A model generated the notes under the pieces. The model ran no database searches. It was not told the DNA's origin and saw only the letters and a list, made by a program, of their open reading frames with translations. Positions 45,502 to 54,930 of a stretch of DNA of 64,000 bases are shown here, piece by piece (the stretch's first letter is position 1; every line of letters starts with the position of its first letter). The translations under genes and the position numbers were made by a program. This DNA comes from a virus, in the IMG/VR virus record IMGVR_UViG_3300014913_000007, positions 1-64,000 of that record; one strand, given 5' to 3'.

Positions 45502-46650
45502 ATGTCCAACTTTTCAGCGCCCGTAGTAGAATTCACTATTGAAAAACACCCCAATGCCGACTTACTCTCTATAGCACACGTAGAAGGATGGCAATGTATT
45601 GTAAAGACTGCAGATTTTAAAAATGAAACATTAGGTGTATATGTACCCTTAGACGCTGTAGCAGATAAGGATCATCCTCTACTTGACTTCATGAACGGAA
45701 AGAAGGTAAAAACTATAAAGCTTAGAAAAGTAATCTCTCAAGGTATCTTACTTCCATTGTCCACTGTGGAAAAGTTCGTAAGAAGTAAGGGGTACCAGGA
45801 GACCCTCCAGGTAGGAGATGATTTACATACACTTCTAGAGCTTAAAAAGTGGGAGCCTGTATTTAAGCCTCAAGGACTAAATGTCTCTGGTGGTAGTGAG
45901 GCTTACCTAGAATCTCCTGGATGGATGGGTAAGTATACTGACATAGAAAATTGGAATAATCACCCTAATACAATAAAAGAGGGAGAAATAGTGAGTATTA
46001 CCGAAAAGTTACACGGATCCAGTGCAAGATACGGAATCGTGGATGGTGAATTCTACGTAGGTTCTAGGAATAGAATTTTAAGGTTAGATCCATACATCTC
46101 AAGAATGGATCAACGTAAATGGGATTCACGACCTTTCTTTCAAAGATTCAAGGATTTTATATTGAGAAAGAAAGTTAAACTTACTACACCTAGGGAAACA
46201 GTCTGGACTAAGATAGCTAGAAAACAAGGAATACGTAGTAAACTAAGGTATTTATCCTTTAACTTTGCGGAAGGTGGTAATGTAGCTATTTACGGTGAAA
46301 TAGTTGGTCCTGGGGTACAGGATCTTGAATACGGACTAGAGGAAGTAGATCTATACCTTTACGATATAAGAATTGAAGGTAGGAGTGGAGATAAATACAT
46401 AAGTCCTCCAGAGTTTAGGGAAATGGCAGGTAATATCAAGCTAAAAACTGTACCACTATTGAAGGAAGGCCCTTTCGAATTAGCTGATTTGGAGCTTAGG
46501 AAGGGTAAAGACACTATTAATACTAAGCATGTGCGAGAAGGTATCGTTATAGAGCCTACAAAGCTTCAGTTTGACAAGGGATTAGGTAGGGTAATACTTA
46601 AGAGGGTATCAGAAAATTACCTTCTTAGAAAGAATGGGACTGACTATTAA
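45502..46650 (+). CDS. ATP-dependent RNA ligase (Rnl5/DraRnl-like)
   Basis: HPNAD.L N-terminal OB domain, TEKLHGSS, GEIVG, REGIV, LK.VS..YL. Confidence 0.88.
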   Translation: MSNFSAPVVEFTIEKHPNADLLSIAHVEGWQCIVKTADFKNETLGVYVPLDAVADKDHPLLDFMNGKKVKTIKLRKVISQGILLPLSTVEKFVRSKGYQETLQVGDDLHTLLELKKWEPVFKPQGLNVSGGSEAYLESPGWMGKYTDIENWNNHPNTIKEGEIVSITEKLHGSSARYGIVDGEFYVGSRNRILRLDPYISRMDQRKWDSRPFFQRFKDFILRKKVKLTTPRETVWTKIARKQGIRSKLRYLSFNFAEGGNVAIYGEIVGPGVQDLEYGLEEVDLYLYDIRIEGRSGDKYISPPEFREMAGNIKLKTVPLLKEGPFELADLELRKGKDTINTKHVREGIVIEPTKLQFDKGLGRVILKRVSENYLLRKNGTDY

Positions 46651-46946
46651 TGACTGATAAAAAGATACCACTAATCTATGGACATAATTCAGTAGGTGTT
46701 GACAGAGGTATAGCCATAAGAATTAGAACTGAATCAGATTACATATCTAAGCTGTGTAAGATGTTTGAGCAGAACTTTGATGCTAGAACTAACCAACTAA
46801 TAAGTGCTTATAATAAAGTAGAGAATATTAAGGATAAACTTGAAGAATTGAAAAGATTACTTAAGACTGGAGCACCTCAAAAGGATATAGATAGTCTTGT
46901 AAGTAATTTACGTGCTAATATTAAAGATGCAGAGGACCTAATATAA
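46650..46946 (+). CDS. hypothetical phage protein
   Basis: coupled ORF. Confidence 0.7.
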   Translation: MTDKKIPLIYGHNSVGVDRGIAIRIRTESDYISKLCKMFEQNFDARTNQLISAYNKVENIKDKLEELKRLLKTGAPQKDIDSLVSNLRANIKDAEDLI

Positions 46947-47248
46947 TGAGTGACAACGGATATAAAAAAGAAAAGCTGGACTATAGTTCTTTAGCCAGTA
47001 AAGCCTTCCACAATAAAGATGATGGAGCATTATTCAAAGAAATGCGTATACTTATAGAGAGTAGTAATAAACTTGACAAGTCAAAAATGGGAGAATTTGA
47101 GCAGGTTGAAATAGATAAGCACTTTATAGATTTACTTCAAAACGTCTTCATACCTAGATTACTTGAGAATAATGAACTAGTTACAGATAAATGTGCTGGT
47201 GACCTTTCTTGCTTCATACATGAACTATTTGACGAATTTAACAAATAA
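46946..47248 (+). CDS. hypothetical phage protein
   Basis: coupled ORF. Confidence 0.7.
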   Translation: MSDNGYKKEKLDYSSLASKAFHNKDDGALFKEMRILIESSNKLDKSKMGEFEQVEIDKHFIDLLQNVFIPRLLENNELVTDKCAGDLSCFIHELFDEFNK

Positions 47249-47390
47249 TTACTTGCTATTTCCTTAAAATATTGATATACTTATAATAGGTTATGATTTA
47301 ACTAATTTATTTTAAATTAGATGATGCGGATTGGACTATTTTAAATAGGAGACAAGCAATATAGAAGACAGGAGTTAATTATAAATTAAC

Positions 47391-48488
47391 GTGATCAAAA
47401 CAGATACTATAACTAAAACACCTAAAAAGTCAAAAAAATCAACTACTAAAACAAAAAGCAAAACAAAACCAACTAAAAAAGTAACTAAATCTACTAAGAA
47501 AACTGATTATAAATTTGTAAATTACTTTCAATCAGAACCTCAACTAGACGAAATAACACATAAATCTGACCCAGAAGATATCCTTAATGCTTATGAAAGA
47601 ATTATATGGGTTACAGCTAAAAAACACTACAAAATGGGAAGAACATCTACCGAACTAGAGGATTTAATCGCTCAAGGTCAATTAGGTGTGTGTGAAGCTA
47701 TAAAAAGATACAAAAACCCAAACACTAGACCAAGATATAAATTTCACATGCTATGTTTATATAATATACGTGATTATATCTTTAAGTATTGTATCCGTAA
47801 TGTAAATCAATTAAAAACTCCTGTTTACATTCAAAGAGAACTAATGCATGTAGCTCAAATATTTCAATTAATGAATAACCAAACAGTGGCAGAAGCTATC
47901 TTAAAGAGAGAAGGTCCGTCTACTGAAAGTGAAATAATAGCATTCATCTATGATGAAGATGAAAGATTGCCTTTAAAATCAAAAACTTTTATAAAGAAGC
48001 AGATTAATAAAAAAGTAAATAAAAAAGAATTCGAACAAATATATAATGGAATTATAAGTCATGAATTAGGAAGTAGACACTCCTATGTAAAAAATAATTT
48101 AAGTGATGTTGGGAAAATACTACATATTAAAGAAAAAATTTGGTACACTTTTAAAAGTAATAATATGAAATATGAAAGAGGAATTAAACTTATCCTCTCT
48201 GCTAAACAATCTCAAGACTCATTAGATGCTGCAATACACTCACCCATACCAAAGGAAGTAATAGAACAAAACGTAGCACAAAAACAATTAATAGATCATG
48301 GATCTAAGATATGTGGTAAATTAAACTTTAGAATACTATTTGAAAATAAGTGCATGGATATGAACTATGCAGAAATATCTAAAACACACAATATTAAAAA
48401 AAACATGGTAACGGATATAATCAAAAAATCTATAAAATTATTGCAAAAAGATCCAGTGTTCCAAGAAATGTTTAAGGAGCTATTTTAA
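47391..48488 (+). CDS. sigma70-family RNA polymerase sigma factor
   Basis: region 2 (EDLIAQGQLGVCEAIKRY...KF...IR) and region 4 HTH (YAEISK....V..I....IK.L). Confidence 0.8.
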   Translation: MIKTDTITKTPKKSKKSTTKTKSKTKPTKKVTKSTKKTDYKFVNYFQSEPQLDEITHKSDPEDILNAYERIIWVTAKKHYKMGRTSTELEDLIAQGQLGVCEAIKRYKNPNTRPRYKFHMLCLYNIRDYIFKYCIRNVNQLKTPVYIQRELMHVAQIFQLMNNQTVAEAILKREGPSTESEIIAFIYDEDERLPLKSKTFIKKQINKKVNKKEFEQIYNGIISHELGSRHSYVKNNLSDVGKILHIKEKIWYTFKSNNMKYERGIKLILSAKQSQDSLDAAIHSPIPKEVIEQNVAQKQLIDHGSKICGKLNFRILFENKCMDMNYAEISKTHNIKKNMVTDIIKKSIKLLQKDPVFQEMFKELF

Positions 48489-49507
48489 TGACAGTGACTA
48501 TATTAGAGGTTGGAGATCCAGCTATTCCTGTAGTAAATGCGGATTACCTAGATCCAGTAACCGACACTGAAATGACCTTCCCAACTCAAGGTATAGTTGG
48601 TACAGTATTAAAAAGTGAAACTTATGGTAATTATGTAGAAAGTGATGAACCTATCTATCAATATCTATTAACTTTTGACCCTCCCGTCGAGACGACAGCA
48701 GATGTAGTCACAGCCGACGATGATGGAATAGAAACTTCTAACCAGCAGCTATTTACAGCATCTGAAATATGGTTTTCAGATGTGGACTTAGGATTATCGG
48801 ATGAAGTAGACCCTTTCGAATTGGATAGTCAGGCTATTCAAAATACAATAGATGAAGGTAAACAGAGGTCCACAGCTAATTTATCTACAGTTCAAAGTAT
48901 AAGTGCATCTGTAGGGCAGGAGGATGTAGTAAATACTTCTGATTATGGAGGGCCAGATATATTGGCCTCTTCAGATACATTAACTGCCTTAGTTGGAACA
49001 TTAGATAATATTGAGGATGTAAATGGGAAAACAAGTGATGAAATAGACAACCAAGCTTACAAATATGAGAAAGAAGCTAGCAGTGTTGCAGACAACTCCG
49101 ATATCTTTGCTGAGTATGTAGATAATTTATACTCACAGAGGCAAGTGGAGCAAGAAAAGGAGGATGAGAGACATCGATATTCTGAGCAAGGTGCAGAACA
49201 GCAACAACAAGCAGACGTAGAAGATGCTCAAAACTCGAAGGAATATTATGATGCACACATAGACTTAGGACATTTGGAAAATCCTTTCACACTAACTGAA
49301 AATTTTGATGAGTATAACCTATCAGAGGAGGCTGAAGAGACTCTACTAGATTCCATTGAGGAAGTAGTTAATAATCTAAATAGTAGCTTATTAGGACCCG
49401 ATGATCCAGCTCCTACACTTTTTACAATAGAAAGAACTACTAGCACTGTACAACCAGAACCAGAATCAACTAGTTACCCTACATCTCCAGAAGAAGCAGA
49501 AGAATAG
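48488..49507 (+). CDS. very acidic hypothetical protein
   Basis: 339-aa ORF coupled to sigma gene. Confidence 0.75.
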   Translation: MTVTILEVGDPAIPVVNADYLDPVTDTEMTFPTQGIVGTVLKSETYGNYVESDEPIYQYLLTFDPPVETTADVVTADDDGIETSNQQLFTASEIWFSDVDLGLSDEVDPFELDSQAIQNTIDEGKQRSTANLSTVQSISASVGQEDVVNTSDYGGPDILASSDTLTALVGTLDNIEDVNGKTSDEIDNQAYKYEKEASSVADNSDIFAEYVDNLYSQRQVEQEKEDERHRYSEQGAEQQQQADVEDAQNSKEYYDAHIDLGHLENPFTLTENFDEYNLSEEAEETLLDSIEEVVNNLNSSLLGPDDPAPTLFTIERTTSTVQPEPESTSYPTSPEEAEE

Positions 49508-49564
49508 TCATTCTATTTTGTAAAAAAAATTAAAGTTATACATAATAAATGTCGATACTAACGT

Positions 49565-50536
49565 ATGGACATAATAAAGAACATACAAGTACCGACTGGA
49601 AACATACTTATAGTATCTGGAGATAAAGGAAACTTAGAATTCCTATCTATTGGGGATTACGGAAAAGAAGCCAATTTGAAGTGTGACGCTTTGGGACTAA
49701 CTAGGGAAATAGGTAAGGTCCAACACGTTGAAATGTTACCACTATCTGAAAAGTGGGTAATAACTGTGTCAACTCAATATGGTTGCTCGATGAACTGTAC
49801 ATTTTGTGATGTACCTAAGGTTGGTCCTGGTATAAATGTGACTCTCGATGATCTTATCCAACAAATATCACTAGGTTTAGGGCTACATCCTGAAGTGAAA
49901 AGTGGGAAAAGATTGAACGTTCACTATGCCAGGATGGGGGAACCTACCTTTAATCCTGAAGTTCTAAGATCAGCCTATGCATTACAACTATTACTAAAGG
50001 ATTTTGATACTGTTCACCCAGTTGTATCCACTATGATGCCCAAAAATAATAAATTCTTAAAGAAATTTCTAAATGAGTGGATGTATATAAAGAATGAAAT
50101 TTTTCAGGGGGAGGCTGGCCTACAGTTGAGTTTAAATAGTACCTGTGAGCAAGAAAGAAAACTAATGTTCTCTGGTAATTCTTTAAGTCTATCAGATATT
50201 TCAGATGTAGTTTCAGCTTATAGACCTAAAGGTAGAAAGATTACACTAAATTTTGCTGTTGCAGACTACACTATAGATCCGAGTGTACTATTGAAATATT
50301 TTGATCCTAAATACTTTATAATAAAACTTACACCTATGCATAAAACTCATACTGCCTTAAAGAACAGTATAAAAACTAATGGAGATTACACAACTTTTTA
50401 TCCATATAAACAACACGAAAAAACACTTAAGTCTGTTGGATATGATGTATTAGTATTTATAGCATCTGTAGAAGAGGACCTAGGTAGAATAACTTGTGGT
50501 AATGCTATACTATCAGGATCTACTCCAGATTACTAA
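49565..50536 (+). CDS. RlmN/Cfr-like radical SAM RNA methyltransferase, leaderless
   Basis: STQYGCSMNCTFC, MGEP, LSLNS, C-terminal CG; promoter at 49531-49558. Confidence 0.8.
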   Translation: MDIIKNIQVPTGNILIVSGDKGNLEFLSIGDYGKEANLKCDALGLTREIGKVQHVEMLPLSEKWVITVSTQYGCSMNCTFCDVPKVGPGINVTLDDLIQQISLGLGLHPEVKSGKRLNVHYARMGEPTFNPEVLRSAYALQLLLKDFDTVHPVVSTMMPKNNKFLKKFLNEWMYIKNEIFQGEAGLQLSLNSTCEQERKLMFSGNSLSLSDISDVVSAYRPKGRKITLNFAVADYTIDPSVLLKYFDPKYFIIKLTPMHKTHTALKNSIKTNGDYTTFYPYKQHEKTLKSVGYDVLVFIASVEEDLGRITCGNAILSGSTPDY

Positions 50537-50589
50537 AAAAAGAGGAAGAAATTTCTTTCTCCCTCTTAAATACCTTGCCTTTTTTAAGA

Positions 50590-51459
50590 CTAGAACTTTT
50601 TAATAGATGTTCTCTTCCATTTATTTGTCTCGACTGCCACATAAATAAAGTCATCATCAAGAACCAAAGATCCTGAGATTCCTGTATCTGTTTCTGAGGC
50701 TGGAACTGAACCACCCTCTAACACTGTTAAACCTTCAACAACAAGATCACCTGTCACGGCGAGATTTCCACCTATATAACCTGCTTGATTACCAATAATT
50801 CCACCTGGAACATTATCAGCAAACAAAGTAGCGACAGCTATGTCATCTGCTAAATTACTTCCTACAGATACATCTCTCTCAACTTTGCAAGACATAATAT
50901 AAGGGGCAGCTCCAGCACTGGTAAATTCAGTTACTGGAATTGTAAATGAACATAGAGTTAATTCATCCTGGTCTGCAGCCCCTACTGAAAGAGTCTGAGT
51001 CTTAGATAATACTAAGGCTCCTGCTGATGGATCATCACCTAGTTCAAAAATGTCATAAGTTAAATCAAATTTAACGGATGCTGGGCCATTTGCTTTAGGA
51101 GCGTAGAACATTCTAACCTGGATATCAGCTGCTGGCTGAGCGGGTACCGAAAATGAAAATCTAAAAGATGTATCAACAGTATCCTCCATAATAATAACGT
51201 CTAAATGACCTAAAGTATCTCCAACCGTACCACTAACATTAGAAACGTCATCAATCATTACGATACCACTGGCTACTGAATAGTCAATACCCGACAGTTC
51301 GTTATCGATTCCTTCTAATATAGTCTGTACGTCACCACCTGAAACTATGGTTAAAGTAGAATCATCTACCTCAACTCCTGATGCAGCTAGAACTTCCTCT
51401 GCCCAATCACTTCCTGTCCAACGTACTGCACGTCTTTGATTAGCTGTAAAATTAATCAT
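50590..51459 (-). CDS. probable virion structural protein
   Basis: G/S/T/V-rich, GNLAVTGDLVVEG and D.DFIYVAV..N.WKR tail-fibre-like motifs. Confidence 0.55.
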   Translation of the reverse strand: MINFTANQRRAVRWTGSDWAEEVLAASGVEVDDSTLTIVSGGDVQTILEGIDNELSGIDYSVASGIVMIDDVSNVSGTVGDTLGHLDVIIMEDTVDTSFRFSFSVPAQPAADIQVRMFYAPKANGPASVKFDLTYDIFELGDDPSAGALVLSKTQTLSVGAADQDELTLCSFTIPVTEFTSAGAAPYIMSCKVERDVSVGSNLADDIAVATLFADNVPGGIIGNQAGYIGGNLAVTGDLVVEGLTVLEGGSVPASETDTGISGSLVLDDDFIYVAVETNKWKRTSIKKF

Positions 51460-51654
51460 AGAATTTATACCTCATGCATGTTTTTTACTAAAGCTTATAG
51501 TAATAAGTAAAAATAGAGCTATTTCATACTTATCAAAGGTTATATAGTACTAAAATAACTTTATAATTTCTAGATAATTGCTTCCTATACAAAAATATGC
51601 TACAATATACTTAAGGAGCAATATCAAGTACATAAGTACCTGATACAACTAACT

Positions 51655-52176
51655 ATGCCTAAAATAGAAGGAATATATCTCCGTAAGGACTTAAAAGAGT
51701 ATATTACAGAATCTTTTGTAAAAAGATACTCTATTAATTTAAATAATTGGATAGAACCTTTTGCCTACTGGGATCAGTATAATCAAAGTGTACTAAGTAA
51801 TGGATCTGTTCCTGATGGTACGTATGTATTACTTGGTAACGTAAAATATCCAAGCGTAAATAAACTGTCTTTTCATAATATCTATCAGTTTAATGTTGTT
51901 AGATTATTAGGAAGTGATGTCACTTTCTCTGGGAACTTTAATGAATACGTAGGTTTATCTAAATCAGTTCCACTGAGACCAGTGTTTCCTCTATTTAAGC
52001 TAGATCAAGCACGTTCCTTCAATAAGGCGAGAAATGTATTTATAAGAGAGTTAAACAAACCTTTGACTCATTTAGAATTAAATGCTAAGATAGAACAAGC
52101 AAAACCAGGATCTATAACGGATAAATTATATAGATTAAGATTAGCTTTAGAAACCGATATACTTAAGGAGAAATAA
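51655..52176 (+). CDS. hypothetical phage protein
   Basis: ORF track. Confidence 0.7.
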   Translation: MPKIEGIYLRKDLKEYITESFVKRYSINLNNWIEPFAYWDQYNQSVLSNGSVPDGTYVLLGNVKYPSVNKLSFHNIYQFNVVRLLGSDVTFSGNFNEYVGLSKSVPLRPVFPLFKLDQARSFNKARNVFIRELNKPLTHLELNAKIEQAKPGSITDKLYRLRLALETDILKEK

Positions 52177-52178
52177 CA

Positions 52179-52418
52179 ATGGCAACAGATGTAGAAGTTT
52201 TAACAGTAGGTGTTTCAGTTGAGAGTCCTACTTTTGATAGTGATTTAGCACTTGCTATACAAACTGCTATACTAGATTTAGGATCACCTTTTGATACTTC
52301 ATTTGATATAGTTTCAATTACGCCCCTTCCAGGAGGAGGAAGAGCTAAGATAGCGGGGGATTCTAATGAAGCAAAAACTGTTAAATTACAAAGATATACA
52401 GTAATAGTACAGGCTTAA
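52179..52418 (+). CDS. hypothetical phage protein
   Basis: AAGGAG SD. Confidence 0.7.
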   Translation: MATDVEVLTVGVSVESPTFDSDLALAIQTAILDLGSPFDTSFDIVSITPLPGGGRAKIAGDSNEAKTVKLQRYTVIVQA

Positions 52419-53041
52419 AGACTATCTACATATTCTTGTACTGTGATGTAGGGAAATGGGTATGTAATTCCCTTACTATATGCCCATTTTTCTAAAGCTT
52501 CCTCGGAGTTTAGACCTTTCTTAGAACAATTAACTACTCTACTTACCGGAACTAACATTATTCCATTACTAGTTAGTACATATTCTAATTGAAAGGCATC
52601 CTTAGCCCTGTGATTATATCCTTGAAGAGGTACTTTAGAGTAGGCACATTTCCAATCATATCTTTCTAATAAGGTACAAACATCCATATTATCGAATACA
52701 ATGTTTTCAGTGCTCATTTGCTTGTAGAACTTCTTATTCTTAAATCCTGTAGATTCTTTACCTGAATGCGATAAGTTCCACTGGTCATTGTAAAGTCTGT
52801 GATTGATGGAAAGTCTTCTATAACAAGACCTACATAATCCTTTAGCCCAATGTCTGTATTTTTCAAAAGAGTTTCTTGTTTTGCACAGGGAACAACAAAC
52901 AGCTGAATTACTGTTCCAAGGTCCCTCACAGTAAAAGTCACCATGAAAGTATTTCTCTCTCTCCGACATATCTACACTATTATTCACTTTCCACCTCCCA
53001 GTGAGTCTTCCTAATCTATTTCTTCTTGCGACATCTTCCAT
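52415..53041 (-). CDS. Zn-finger / degenerate HNH-like protein
   Basis: CSLC...HWAKGLCRSCY; CAYS...N..K. Confidence 0.55.
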   Translation of the reverse strand: MEDVARRNRLGRLTGRWKVNNSVDMSEREKYFHGDFYCEGPWNSNSAVCCSLCKTRNSFEKYRHWAKGLCRSCYRRLSINHRLYNDQWNLSHSGKESTGFKNKKFYKQMSTENIVFDNMDVCTLLERYDWKCAYSKVPLQGYNHRAKDAFQLEYVLTSNGIMLVPVSRVVNCSKKGLNSEEALEKWAYSKGITYPFPYITVQEYVDSL

Positions 53042-53258
53042 TCAAAATTATCTATTGTTGCATTATTATATCTATTATCCATACATATACCATAGTACAG
53101 ACTGTGGGACATAATAAAAAAATGTAGTCGCAAAAGTGAAAAAGTCCTAGTATTTTTATGTAAAATGAATAACTATAATAGGTTATAATATACCTACTAA
53201 ATTAACTTATTACATAAATATACCTAAAGTTATTTAAAAATATGCCGATATACTAGAT

Positions 53259-53684
53259 ATGACAAATTGGGATGACGAAAAGGAGTGTTTAAAAGCTGTT
53301 AAACGGGATGGATTTGCTTTAAAGTATGTAGAGAATCAAACTCCAGAAATCTGCCTAGAAGCTGTTAAACAATGTGGACAAAGCTTAGAATATGTAAAAA
53401 GCCAAACTCCAGAAATCGGCCTAATTGCTGTTAAAGAAAATGGATGGGCCTTAGAATATGTAAAAAACCAAACTCCAGAAATCTGCCTAGAAGCTGTTAA
53501 ACAATGTGGACAAAGCTTAGAATATGTAAAAAGCCAAACTCCAGAAATCTGCTTGGCTGCTGTTAAAGAAAATGAATGGGCTTTACAGCATGTAAATAAG
53601 AAATTTTATACTTCAGATTTAAAAGCATTTATTTTAACTAGTTATGATAAAAAAGTTACTTTAAACTATTTTGAGTTTATATAA
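53259..53684 (+). CDS. DUF4116-like repeat protein, leaderless
   Basis: QTPEICL.AVK repeats; promoter 53225-53251 identical to 13746-13772. Confidence 0.85.
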   Translation: MTNWDDEKECLKAVKRDGFALKYVENQTPEICLEAVKQCGQSLEYVKSQTPEIGLIAVKENGWALEYVKNQTPEICLEAVKQCGQSLEYVKSQTPEICLAAVKENEWALQHVNKKFYTSDLKAFILTSYDKKVTLNYFEFI

Positions 53685-53757
53685 ATTTGTTAATTAATTG
53701 TTGTATATTTTTACAAAATAGTGTAAAATAGAAATATTAATATTATATAGGAATAAT

Positions 53758-54756
53758 ATGTCTGATCCCTTAAAAGCATTTATTAAAATCCCAGGTGGGA
53801 AACGTAAATCTATACCTTATCTAGTAAAAAACCTACCTAAGAACTATTTCAAAGAAGACTATACTTATGTGGAACCCTTCCTAGGTGGTGGTAGTTTCGG
53901 TCTGCACCTTCTTAATATAAAATTGGAACAAAATAAACTAGATATAGGTAAGATAAATAAGTCTAATGGAGAACAGGATCCTAAGATAGCCTTTAAGGTA
54001 AAAAAATTAATACAAGATAACTTCTTATTTAATGAAAAGAATCCTGACATCTTTAACTTATGGATGCATACTATGTATGATGCCCCAGAATTACTAGAAT
54101 ATTATATGGACTTACTATCTAAACACTCAGAAAAAGAATTTTATACTAAAAGAGGAATCTTTAATACCATAAAGGATCCTAAACCACTAATGAATGGCAA
54201 TTGTTTTAATTATCTTTACAACACAATACTTAAAAGTGCTCTATTCTTATACTTAGATAAACATTGCTTTAATGGTCTTATAAGGTATAATAAAAATGGA
54301 GACTTTAATAGTCCATGTGGTAAATATAGGACTGTTCAAAAGGTGGATGGACGGAACATGTTAAACCTATATACACTAACTCAAGCTAGTGACCTCACAC
54401 TTGAGAATCTTGATTTCCAGGAATATATAGAATACCTATTCGAAGAGAAACTAATTACTAACAACAAGAAAATATTAGTCTATTTCGATCCCCCTTATGT
54501 ACCTCTTACACCTACTTCTAACTTTACGGAGTATAATCCAGCCGGATTTGGACAATATGACCAGATTAGGTTAAAATCAATGATAGATTACTTAACTAGT
54601 ATAAATGTTAAGATAATGTTGTCTAATTCATCTGCCAGGTGGGTTTATGATACTTATAAAGATTATAATATCCAAGAAGTAGCTGTAGCCAGGTCTATCA
54701 ATTCAGTGGGGGCTGGTAGGGGGAAAATTAAGGAACTTTTAATTACAAATTATTAA
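53758..54756 (+). CDS. dam: Dam-like N6-adenine DNA methyltransferase
   Basis: GGK, YVEPFLGGGS, FNGLIRYN..G.FN.P.G, DPPY. Confidence 0.9.
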   Translation: MSDPLKAFIKIPGGKRKSIPYLVKNLPKNYFKEDYTYVEPFLGGGSFGLHLLNIKLEQNKLDIGKINKSNGEQDPKIAFKVKKLIQDNFLFNEKNPDIFNLWMHTMYDAPELLEYYMDLLSKHSEKEFYTKRGIFNTIKDPKPLMNGNCFNYLYNTILKSALFLYLDKHCFNGLIRYNKNGDFNSPCGKYRTVQKVDGRNMLNLYTLTQASDLTLENLDFQEYIEYLFEEKLITNNKKILVYFDPPYVPLTPTSNFTEYNPAGFGQYDQIRLKSMIDYLTSINVKIMLSNSSARWVYDTYKDYNIQEVAVARSINSVGAGRGKIKELLITNY

Positions 54757-54930
54757 GGAATACTTTATGAACTTAGAGATACTTGAGTTACTCGTATTGG
54801 CACAATCTATTGTTTTATTATTAATTATACTTAAGATTACTAAGATAGAAAACACAAATATTATTAAAGATGCGTTAAAGGACGTTAAAATTAAAAGAAA
54901 AAAGAAAAAAAGAAGAAAAAAGAATAAATA

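Noticed and set aside
53259-53684. Diversity-generating retroelement template/variable pair with 13780..14007
   Set aside because: No reverse transcriptase in the window and differences are not adenine-specific.
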